Origin: Novosphingobium sp.
GTDB lineage: Bacteria > Pseudomonadota > Alphaproteobacteria > Sphingomonadales > Sphingomonadaceae
Assembly: GCA_046063325.1 (NCBI GenBank)
Contig: JBJTMC010000094.1
Location: 1-54,047, forward strand
Length of the DNA: 54,047 nucleotides
Reading direction: 5' to 3'
Below the pieces are notes generated by a model. The model was given only the letters and a program-made list of their open reading frames with translations, made no database searches and had not been told where the DNA came from. The translations under genes and the position numbers were made by a program. Below, in pieces: positions 1 through 8,045 of this stretch (its first letter is position 1; each line of letters opens with the position of its first letter).

Positions 1-475
1 GGATGGCCGCAATCTCCTCTGCCCGCCGCATGCCGACCAGGAGGGCGGGCTAAAACACGGCCAGGGCGCCCTGCCCTCGCGGGCATCGCTCGTGAAAGCG
101 AATGTCGGTGAGCGTAGCCTGGATGCCGCGCGCATCCCGGACATAGCGCTCAGCCAGCGTTCCTTCGACCGGTCTGGCACTCCGCCAGATCGCAAGGTGT
201 GGCGCGCGCGGATCAGGCAAAGTGCGTTGCACCATCGACGGCGTGAACGTGGGAATGCGGGCCAGGCGGGCCAGCTCGCGCATGACGTCTCGTGAATCGC
301 ACCCGGCGTGGCAGGTCACCAGAATGCTTCGGTCACCCTGGCGGATCGAAAGCGAGGGAGTTCTGTCGGCATGGCAAGGGCACCGGCACATTGCAACGTC
401 TCCTGACCAGGTGCCGCCGAGGTGTTTGACGAGATTGCGCAGGGCGTTGGAGGGTCTGTTGCGGACGATCGACAT
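1..475 (-). pseudogene. Zinc-finger primase/toprim-associated plasmid protein (DUF7146-like), interrupted by an in-frame TAG at 50-52; runs off the left edge
   Basis: N-terminal CPCHADRTPSLS...CHAGC zinc-binding motif, then AERY...RGI and RCPRG. The frame continues past the stop as PALLVGMRRAEEIAAI, as expected for this family. Confidence 0.7.
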
Positions 476-690
476 GCCACTTCAACCAACCCTCCTCCCC
501 TCCCCTTCAGTCAGTTGATGTCTTGTGCTCGCATCTCGGGCGCTCCGTTCTCGCCCATGCGAATCGGTATCCGATCTTCTAAAAATCAATTTACAAACGC
601 CGCTGCTTGCAGCGGAAGGATTCTTGATTCTAAAGATTCAGATTCAACGGGCGAAAAGCTGCGCAATTCCAAGGCGTTGTGGCTATATAG

Positions 691-955
691 CTGACTTGCT
701 GGGGGAGTTTGCCTGACCCCGTGGGGGCAATAGCCTGACCCATAGGGGGAACTTACCTGACCCTTTGGGGCGGTCCTGACTCTTTGGGGGAATCAATCGG
801 ACGGACGTTCCTTGCTCTACTGATGTGAGTACCTGAATCGCGACGAGGTCGAAAATCAAGGCCAATTTCCAGATTGGGCCAAAGATCCGCCGACTCGCGA
901 TGTTCGGCGTCTTTGCGGCTCGAGCAGCTGTTATTTTATCCTGACCGTTTGGGGG
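691..955 (+). repeat. Iteron array (plasmid replication origin): 6 copies of CTGAC-N5-GGGG(G)
   Basis: Copies start at 691, 713, 735, 757 (22-bp period), 776 and 941, directly upstream of repA. Confidence 0.85.
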
Positions 956-973
956 CAGGTGCCGCACTCCTAT

Positions 974-1007
974 CCTGACCTGACTTGACGAAAGAGGTCA
1001 GGTCAGG
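974..1007. promoter_or_regulatory. Inverted repeat CCTGACCTGAC-N12-GTCAGGTCAGG, putative Rep autorepression operator
   Basis: Perfect 11-bp arms built from the iteron core CTGAC, flanking a TTGACG -35-like hexamer at 985-990, about 45 bp upstream of repA. Confidence 0.7.
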
Positions 1008-1050
1008 CAGCAAACAAGGCCCGAGAATCACGTTCTGATCGAAATATGGC

Positions 1051-2208
1051 ATGGAAAGCGAAGTTGGCCAAATAGCCGAGTCTGTTGAAGAAGGCCTGGA
1101 GGAAGTATCCCCCGGCCGTGCCATGCGCGTTGCTGCAGCTCTGAAGGCGAAGGGCGGAGATGAATTTGCCAAGCCGGGCAGCATCATCGAAATTAAATTC
1201 GTCAAAGGTGAATCGCTCAGTCTTACCGCGTCTCGGCTACTAGCCTTGATGATTTTGACTGCTGGAGGAGACGCTTGGGAGGATCGACCGCACCGTATCC
1301 GTAAAGCTGACATTAGGCGCGGTCATAAGGGCAATGAGCGCATCACCGACATGCTCCAGGAATTGCACCGAACGCTCTTTGCTATTGATGACAAATCTTG
1401 GCGCGGGAAGAAGGCCACCCTCCTGTTTTCTCTGATCTCCCGGTCACGCGAGGAAACGGAGGAGGAGGGCGGCGAAGCAGGCTGGATCGAGTGGGAGTTC
1501 ACGCCCGATGCGCGCAAGCTCATTCAAGCGTCAGAGACTTATGCCGTTCTCAACCGGCAAGCCGTCCTTGGCTTCCGCTCAAATTACGCGCTGAAGCTTT
1601 ATGAACTGGGGGCGCTTCGGTTGCATCGTCGTCAAGCGACTTGGAGGGGCGACATGCAGGCGCTCAGAGCTGCCCTGGGCATTCCCCCCGAGGTTTATAC
1701 CGACTTCGCCCAGCTTCGCCGCAAAGTCCTTGAGAAAGCCAAATCAGAGATCGACCAATTGGCGCATTTCCGTGTTGAGTGGCGCGAAATTCGGCAGGGT
1801 AGGACGGTTACTGAGCTTGAGTTCCGGTTTGAGCCTAAGGGTGCTCCTGAAGTGATCGAGACGGTTGACGAACTGGATCGACATTCTGCGGGCCGGCAAG
1901 CGCGGCGGGAAGGGACGGTCGAAACCATCGCGGGGGGGCAGGGGGCTATCCCGGCTCCGCGCAAGACCGGCGCACGCAAAAAGACCGCAGAGGCGGGCTT
2001 CCCGAGAGGATCGCTGCGCTACGGGGAAAACGAATCAGAATTCCTCTCGATCGGGCGGCAGTATGGCGGCGGTTGGGATGTGGATATGATGGCCGATGGT
2101 TTTCGCGCGCAGATGGGTGAGCGTTTGGAAAAGCTCCGGGGGGCAAAGTTGGCGGCATCTTGGAAGGGGTTTTGTGAGGGATGGGTTAATCGTCGGGGCA
2201 GGCCGTGA
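1051..2208 (+). CDS. repA: Plasmid replication initiator protein, Rep_3 family
   Basis: 385 aa with FRSNYALKLYE and FAQLRRKVLEKAKSEI winged-helix motifs; adjacent iterons and parAB. Confidence 0.9.
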   Translation: MESEVGQIAESVEEGLEEVSPGRAMRVAAALKAKGGDEFAKPGSIIEIKFVKGESLSLTASRLLALMILTAGGDAWEDRPHRIRKADIRRGHKGNERITDMLQELHRTLFAIDDKSWRGKKATLLFSLISRSREETEEEGGEAGWIEWEFTPDARKLIQASETYAVLNRQAVLGFRSNYALKLYELGALRLHRRQATWRGDMQALRAALGIPPEVYTDFAQLRRKVLEKAKSEIDQLAHFRVEWREIRQGRTVTELEFRFEPKGAPEVIETVDELDRHSAGRQARREGTVETIAGGQGAIPAPRKTGARKKTAEAGFPRGSLRYGENESEFLSIGRQYGGGWDVDMMADGFRAQMGERLEKLRGAKLAASWKGFCEGWVNRRGRP

Positions 2209-2215
2209 GGGCGGC

Positions 2216-2235
2216 AAATTGCACGCGTGCAATTT
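2216..2235. promoter_or_regulatory. parS-like perfect palindrome AAATTGCACGCGTGCAATTT (copy 1)
   Basis: 20-bp perfect palindrome; the same 18-bp core occurs twice between parA and parB. Confidence 0.7.
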
Positions 2236-2377
2236 CTACATCCCCCACCGAGTCAGGTTGGAGCCGCGCCAGAACAATTTGAGCTGGATTTGAACCCCTC
2301 ACTTTCGAAAATTGTGAATTTCTTGACCCAAAAGCGCAAGTGGGTGTAGCACACGCTCAATTGCGAAAGGTGGGCTT

Positions 2378-3580
2378 GTGTCTAACGGACTTCAAATTGA
2401 GGAAGCGGAGCGTTTGGTATCGGTCGCGACGCTGGCCGGTCGAACTTCGTCAGTGCTCGAAAAATTGCGGGATTCTGCGCGTAGCGCCCGGGCTGATGAC
2501 CGTCGTGAGCCCACTTTCACGATTGGCAAGGCGGCTGAGCTTGTGGGCAGAACTCCCGCTGCGATACGGGACGCAGAGAAGGATGGCCGACTTCCTGAGC
2601 CAGCGAGAACCGGCAACAACAGGCGCGAGAGATATACGCTGGCGCAGCTCAACGACATGCGCGGCGTCTTTGGAACGAGGCCCTATCGAACTGCGGACGA
2701 CCCCTGCTGTGTCGTGGCGGTTCAGAATTTCAAGGGCGGCGTTGGCAAGTCGACTGTGGCGGTCCATCTGGCCCAATACCTAGCCATTCGAGGATACCGC
2801 GTCGCGCTGGTTGATTGCGACAGCCAGGCGTCTGCAACCACGCTTTTCGGCTACGTCCCCGACCTTGACCTCACGGAAGATGATACGCTTTACCCGTTCC
2901 TTCGCGAAGGCGAACGATCGTCCCTCGACTATGCTCTTCGCAAAACCCATTTCGATGGTTTGGAACTGATTCCGGCGAACCTCCGCCTGTTCAATTCAGA
3001 ATATGAGCTGGCAGCGCGGATGGCACAGGGCAATGGCTCACTTCTCGATCGCCTGAAGGAAGGAATTGAAAGCATCTCGGATCGCTTTGACGTCGTCGTT
3101 ATGGATCCTCCACCAGCTCTTGGCGCGATTTCACTCTCCGTGCTGCGTGCGGCAAATTCGCTGGTGGTGCCGGTTCCGCCAACCGTGATGGACTTCTCAT
3201 CCACGGCAGCATTCCTTTCGATGCTGGATGAGACGATTGAACAGCTTGCGGACCGCGGACTCGCACCGGAGTTGAAGTTTCTCCGCTTCGTTGCTTCGAA
3301 AGTCGACGAGAACAAATCAATGCAAAAGGAGCTGCTGCAATTGATGCGCACGCTTTTTGGGCATGCGATGGTTCGCACACCTCTGAAGGATTCGGCCGAG
3401 ATAGACAATGCAACGGCACGTTTGATGACGGTTTATGAGCTCGACGGGCCTGCGACCAGTTCTGCGGTGCGCAACCGTTGCCTGAATTATCTCGATGGGG
3501 TGAACTCTGAGATTGAAGTCGATATTCGTTCGATGTGGCCCAGTCATCAGAAGCGCTTGCGCCAGGAGGCGTTGGCATGA
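2378..3580 (+). CDS. parA: ParA partition ATPase with N-terminal HTH (type Ia)
   Basis: Deviant Walker A KGGVGKST, DCDSQ, and MDPPP Walker B; N-terminal HTH segment FTIGKAAELVGRT. Confidence 0.93.
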   Translation: MSNGLQIEEAERLVSVATLAGRTSSVLEKLRDSARSARADDRREPTFTIGKAAELVGRTPAAIRDAEKDGRLPEPARTGNNRRERYTLAQLNDMRGVFGTRPYRTADDPCCVVAVQNFKGGVGKSTVAVHLAQYLAIRGYRVALVDCDSQASATTLFGYVPDLDLTEDDTLYPFLREGERSSLDYALRKTHFDGLELIPANLRLFNSEYELAARMAQGNGSLLDRLKEGIESISDRFDVVVMDPPPALGAISLSVLRAANSLVVPVPPTVMDFSSTAAFLSMLDETIEQLADRGLAPELKFLRFVASKVDENKSMQKELLQLMRTLFGHAMVRTPLKDSAEIDNATARLMTVYELDGPATSSAVRNRCLNYLDGVNSEIEVDIRSMWPSHQKRLRQEALA

Positions 3581-3588
3581 ACCCCCGG

Positions 3589-3651
3589 AATTGCACGCGT
3601 GCAATTGATCGTGAAATTCACGAGGAACCGGATAATTGCACGCGTGCAATT
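3589..3651. promoter_or_regulatory. Two more parS-like palindromes AATTGCACGCGTGCAATT (3589-3606, 3634-3651) flanking TCGTGAA-A-TTCACGA (3609-3623)
   Basis: Exact palindromes in the parA-parB intergenic region. Confidence 0.7.
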
Positions 3652-3670
3652 CTGCTAATGGGAGGGTTGC

Positions 3671-4684
3671 ATGAGTAAGAAAAACAGCGGTTTTGCGGCC
3701 GATTTGGCGGCCGGTATCGACTTGAGCGATGATGGAGTGGCGCCCCGTCGGTCGAGCATTGCCTCGAACGTTCTAACCGGGCGTTCAAACCGTCTTGCCG
3801 ACCTTGCGTCAGGGGCGATTGTTAATCGGACCCATGAGCTGGTGGATCCTGCCAAATGCAGGATGTGGGCAGGGCATAACCGAGATTACGACTTGCTCAA
3901 CGAAGAACGGTGTTCGGATCTTATCGAGAGCATCAAGGCGCAGGGCCGGCAGGAAATTCCGGCGATTGTTCGCCGTATATCCGGTAACGAGGACTATGAG
4001 TTTGAGGTCATCTGCGGCGCGCGGCGACATTGGTCGATTAGCTGGCTGAGGTCTCATAACTACCCTGACTTCAAGTTCCTTGTCGATGTGCGTGAGATTG
4101 GTGATGAAGAGGCGTTCAGGCTTGCCGACATCGAGAATCGCGCCCGAGACGATCTCACCGATCTTGAAAGGGCGAGGGATTATCTGCGGGCACTCACCGC
4201 CTACTATGACGGCCGTCAAAGGACGATGGCCGAGCGGCTGAAGGTCTCTGAAAGCTGGCTCACGCGCTATCTTGATCTGGCCCGACTTCCAGAGGAATTG
4301 ACGAGAGCTTTTGCCGAACCGCAGGAGCTTGGCATTCGCAATGCTATTGCTCTCAAGGCGCTGCTGAAGCCAGATGATCGCAGGGAACGCGCCTTCCAGG
4401 AGGCCGAGCGTCTGGCCGCCGATCGCAAGGTAACCGGCCGGTCGATGCCCGTGATTGACGTGATCAAGGCACTGACACTCGCTGCAGACCCCCCCAAGAA
4501 GTCAGGATCCCCCAAGAAGTCAGGAAAGGTTGAGACGGTCGCAAGCGCGAGTGGTAAGCCAGTCCTCCGGATCGAGGGTGCTGACCGCAAGGGGATCCGC
4601 GTCATGCTACTGAGCAAGGGTGGCGCAACGCGCCAAGAGGCGGAAGAAGCTGTACGCGCGGTGTTAGACCAGTACTGGCCGTGA
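3671..4684 (+). CDS. parB: ParB/RepB partition protein
   Basis: ParB box GARRH, ENRARDDL motif, central HTH (QRTMAERLKVSESWLTRYL). Confidence 0.92.
   Translation: MSKKNSGFAADLAAGIDLSDDGVAPRRSSIASNVLTGRSNRLADLASGAIVNRTHELVDPAKCRMWAGHNRDYDLLNEERCSDLIESIKAQGRQEIPAIVRRISGNEDYEFEVICGARRHWSISWLRSHNYPDFKFLVDVREIGDEEAFRLADIENRARDDLTDLERARDYLRALTAYYDGRQRTMAERLKVSESWLTRYLDLARLPEELTRAFAEPQELGIRNAIALKALLKPDDRRERAFQEAERLAADRKVTGRSMPVIDVIKALTLAADPPKKSGSPKKSGKVETVASASGKPVLRIEGADRKGIRVMLLSKGGATRQEAEEAVRAVLDQYWP
4491..4525 (+). repeat. 17-bp direct repeat CCCCCAAGAAGTCAGGA x2 (18-bp period) within parB
   Basis: Copies at 4491-4507 and 4509-4525; encodes PKKSG-S-PKKSG in a linker. Confidence 0.8.
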
Positions 4685-4690
4685 AATGCG

Positions 4691-5629
4691 TCAGGAAGCG
4701 GCCTGGCGGCCCTTTGGGGCCACAGCATGGTCGCCGGGGCGTATGGTGGCCAGGTCGGCGTTCTCAAGCGCCACAGCGGCCTGTGAAGCAGTGCGACGGG
4801 TCACCCCAAGGGCGCGGGCCAATTCGGCGCGGGTGAGGGGGCCTAGCCCTGCTATCAGCTGCCACATCGCGGGCGCCTGTGACGAGGCGTAGAGACCAGC
4901 GAGGCGTTCTTCGCCGCGGGCAACCATTGCCGTAACGGCGGCGAGGTCTGTTGCCACGTCACCTGCCGCAGCGCCGATCGCGGTAGCAAGCAGGGCGGGG
5001 AGGGGGCGTTCGGGTTCAGCGCGGAATAGGCTGCGCGGCGCTATTCCGGCGAGCGCTAGCGGCGCCGCTCCCAGCCCGAACAGCTGCGGGCGCATCGCTG
5101 CGGCAAGCGAGGCAGCCCAGGCACTCCCGCCCGCGGCAAAGCGCTGGAACACATGGCCCTCGATCAACACTTCCTCGCTACCGCCTTCGAGAAAGTCGAC
5201 TTCGTCGGTGCGGAGTTGGTGGAGCCATTCAGCAAGGGTTGCGGACGGGTCGCGCGCGGGGAGCAACGCATCGAGCCGGTCCAGCGCCCGGTCGGCTGCG
5301 TCAAATGGCCCCGAGAAACTTTCGCGCGCGTCTTTGGCTGCCAGGGTGAGCCGCGCGGCGCGGGCGAGGGGAGGGGGACCGCGCCGGCTGATCCAGGACA
5401 GGAAGTCCTGCCGTTCGGCCGCGTACCACGAGCGGGTCAGTTCGGCTGCTGCGAGCCCAGGATTGTGCTCGGGGCCTTGGTTTTCTTGAGGAAAGTCGCG
5501 GACATGGACTCGCCACAGCCGGCGCAGGGAGGCCCGCGCCAGCCCGTCGGCGACCTCGGCGCGCAGGAACGGCAGGGCGCCGTCGATCCGTGCGAGGGCG
5601 AGTTGCCACGGGGGAGGGGCGTTATCCAT
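4691..5629 (-). CDS. Hypothetical protein with C-terminal HTH, of the kind found divergent from plasmid tyrosine recombinases
   Basis: C-terminal LTRAELARALGVTRRTASQA HTH; start placed at ATG 5629 (MDNAPPPW). Confidence 0.65.
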   Translation of the reverse strand: MDNAPPPWQLALARIDGALPFLRAEVADGLARASLRRLWRVHVRDFPQENQGPEHNPGLAAAELTRSWYAAERQDFLSWISRRGPPPLARAARLTLAAKDARESFSGPFDAADRALDRLDALLPARDPSATLAEWLHQLRTDEVDFLEGGSEEVLIEGHVFQRFAAGGSAWAASLAAAMRPQLFGLGAAPLALAGIAPRSLFRAEPERPLPALLATAIGAAAGDVATDLAAVTAMVARGEERLAGLYASSQAPAMWQLIAGLGPLTRAELARALGVTRRTASQAAVALENADLATIRPGDHAVAPKGRQAAS

Positions 5630-5684
5630 AAGTGCCAGAATATACCTGTATGCCGAAAAGTATACTCCGCTTTGATGGTACAAT

Positions 5685-5716
5685 CACTGTCCGATAATAG
5701 CTCTTCACGGACAGTG
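5685..5716. promoter_or_regulatory. Inverted repeat CACTGTCCG-N14-CGGACAGTG upstream of the recombinase (candidate resolution or binding site)
   Basis: Perfect 9-bp arms in the AT-rich divergent intergenic region. Confidence 0.45.
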
Positions 5717-5765
5717 GAATTGGGGGTAGGACAGGGCCAGATTTGGTGCGGGGAAGGGCCTGAAA

Positions 5766-6794
5766 ATGGCGGAAATGAGCGGGGATGCCGTCGAAGCTGA
5801 AGCCCGGGTCGCTGTCAGCCCGCTCCAAGCGGCATCCCGCACCGCGATCGAGCTGCCCGGGAGGTTGGGCGACGAGATCGCGGCTGCCCGATCCTACCGC
5901 GCCCAGGCCAAAGCCGCCAACACAATCCGCGCCTACACCAGCGACTGGAAGCAGTTCGAAGGCTGGTGCGATGAGCGATCGCTCGAGCCGTTGCCGGCGC
6001 GGCCCGAGGCAGTGGCGACCTATCTTGCTGCGCTCGCGCTGGCGGGCAAAGCCGACACGACGATCGGGCGCCATCTTGCTGCGATCGGATGGAAGCATCG
6101 GCAGGACGGGCAGGTCCCGCCGGTGCAGCGCGATGCGCGGATGGTCATCGCCGATACGCTCGCCGGGATCCGGCGCGAACAGCGCGTACGGCCCAGCGCC
6201 CGCAAGGCGGCGATCACCGCCCGCGAGCTGGCGGCGATGATCTCGGCCGCTGATGGGCAGGGCACCCGCACGATCCGCGACCGGGCGATCCTGGCGCTGG
6301 GACTGGCGGCAGCGCTGCGTCGCTCGGAACTTGTCGCGCTCGAAGCGCGCGATGTTGAAATGGTGGACAAGGGCCTGAAACTGACGCTGCGCCATTCCAA
6401 GACCGACCAGGAAGGGGAGGGGCAGGTGATCGCAGTGCCCTCGGGCAAGAGCCTCAAACCCGTGGAACGGCTCAAGGCCTGGTTGGCGGTGCGCGGCGGC
6501 AGTGCCGGGCCGCTGTTCACCCGCATCGACCCGCAGGGCAAGCTAACCGACCGAGAAATGTCGGATCGCTCGATCGCGCGGCTGATCCAGAAGTACGCAG
6601 GGATTGTGGGGCTCGATCCTGCAACAGTAGGCGGGCATTCGCTGCGGGCCGGGTTCCTCACCGAGGCCTCCCGCACCGGGGCGACGATCGCCAAGATGCA
6701 AGAGGTGTCGCGGCACAAGAAAGTCGAGGTGCTGCTCGGCTATGTCCGGTCGGCCGAGCTGTTCGAGGATCATGCAGGGACGGAATTTCTGTAA
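5766..6794 (+). CDS. Tyrosine recombinase (plasmid resolvase/integrase family)
   Basis: Catalytic set present: LRRSEL (R), SKTDQ (K), HSLRAG (H-x-x-R), SRHK (H), GYVR (Y); N-terminal SAM-like domain. Confidence 0.93.
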   Translation: MAEMSGDAVEAEARVAVSPLQAASRTAIELPGRLGDEIAAARSYRAQAKAANTIRAYTSDWKQFEGWCDERSLEPLPARPEAVATYLAALALAGKADTTIGRHLAAIGWKHRQDGQVPPVQRDARMVIADTLAGIRREQRVRPSARKAAITARELAAMISAADGQGTRTIRDRAILALGLAAALRRSELVALEARDVEMVDKGLKLTLRHSKTDQEGEGQVIAVPSGKSLKPVERLKAWLAVRGGSAGPLFTRIDPQGKLTDREMSDRSIARLIQKYAGIVGLDPATVGGHSLRAGFLTEASRTGATIAKMQEVSRHKKVEVLLGYVRSAELFEDHAGTEFL

Positions 6795-6890
6795 AGGCAA
6801 GAACGCATTTAAGCCATTGATATAACCTGTTATAATTGCAGTTATCACATTATGCGTCTTATGAAGGAAAGCGGCACAAATGGCCGCTCA

Positions 6891-7152
6891 ATGCACGAAG
6901 AAGCGGCCGCGACCGTCGATGTCCCGCCGCTGAGTGCCGACCTCGCGCTGCTCGGATTCGCGCCCGGTGCCGAGGTGCCACCCGAGCTGTTCGCTGCCTA
7001 TGCCAGCGCTTCCGCCCAACAGTCTACGTGCGTTCCCCGCCGACGTGCTGGCGTTAGACGCTTGGTCCCGGGGCAGGGGGCAGCACACGCTGCCAGCTAG
7101 CTCCGAAACCGTGGCGGCGTTCCTCACCGTGCGGGCGGGGGAGGGAGCGCCA
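6891..7152 (+). pseudogene. 5' fragment of a second tyrosine recombinase, frameshifted near 7017 and truncated
   Basis: Joining two frames gives ...AYASASA/PNSLRAFPADVLALDAWSRGRGQHTLPASSETVAAFL, paralleling ANTIRAYTSDWKQFEGWC...LPARPEAVATYL of the intact recombinase. Confidence 0.7.
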
Positions 7153-7310
7153 GGGCCGCTTGATGAAGACATTGTCCATTCTACGGACCGGCCGTCCATG
7201 CTGATGCGGATGTCAACATCGCGCAACACGCTAGTGAACACAAAGCTTGTGAATTGGCTGCATTGGTTAGTGTTGAAGTTTTTGGGCTTCCCGAACCGGG
7301 TCAGCGCCTG
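7141..7310 (-). mobile_element. IS3-family transposase (OrfB) remnant
   Basis: FGKPKNFNTNQCSQFTSFVFTSVLRDVDIRISMDGR, then after a frameshift MDNVFIKRPWRSL; a degenerate form of the IS3 DDE core (FNTDQGSQFTS...SMDG...DNVFIERLWRSL). Confidence 0.8.
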
Positions 7311-7808
7311 CCGCGTTTCGTAATACTGAGGAGCCGGAGCTTGCCGACCTTCGTCGCCTGACGTGGCACGAGGCCGAGCCACGCAGCGAGATCGCGACCG
7401 CTCGTAAACTTACCGGCGTCGCCGACCGCCGCTACCAGTGCGGTCGCATTGAGCGCGCCAACCCCAGGAATGGTCAGCAGCCGACGTGCCCACTCGTCCT
7501 GTTCCGCCGCCTGAGCAACTTCGTGGTCGAAAGCGGCGATCCTTTCGTCTATCGATCGCCAACCGGACGCGCCTCTGTTGCACCATATGACCGCGCTCAA
7601 ACAACAAGCTTCGGATCTGCTTCATCAGCGCAGTGCGTTCGGCGATGAGGCACGACCCTGCTAGCTTTGTCCAATCCGACCAGGCTGCAGCTGTTCTTCC
7701 CCAAATCCGCACCAACCACTGTAATTCGCAAGATCCATCCCTCCAAATCAGCCAGATCGCAGCCTACTGCTTCCGGCCTTGATAAGGGGAGGGCCATCCA
7801 TAAAAGGC
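7308..7808 (-). mobile_element. IS110/IS1111-family transposase remnant with internal deletions
   Basis: Fragments ITVVGADLGKNSCSLVGLD, ERTALMKQIRSLLFERG and LLTIPGVGALNATALVAAVGDAGKFTSGRDLAAWLGLVPRQ...ITKRG; possible subterminal IR at 7786-7802. Confidence 0.8.
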
Positions 7809-8045
7809 GACTCAAAATCAGGCCATGGGCAAGTCCAAGTGTGGTTGGACAATCAAGATTCTCGCGCTTTAATATAGCTTGGGTTATATCGTGCGCTTCG
7901 TGCTTTTGCGGGGCAACCGCTACGAGACGATCGAGGCCGCTCATCATTAGCATCGCGTTCGATGCTTTGCCGGGCGATTTCAACAGGCCATGGAACTCGG
8001 CCGGAGGGAAGCGGGTGATGGCCAATAGATGTTGGAGAGAGGGCC

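Noticed and set aside
691-790. Regularly spaced repeats as a possible CRISPR array
   Set aside because: The period is only 19-22 bp, the repeats are degenerate, there are no spacer-length unique segments or cas genes, and the position upstream of repA fits iterons.
7308-7808. Active IS110 bridge-RNA recombinase system
   Set aside because: The transposase is fragmented, the first catalytic region is degenerate, large parts are deleted and the right end is missing.
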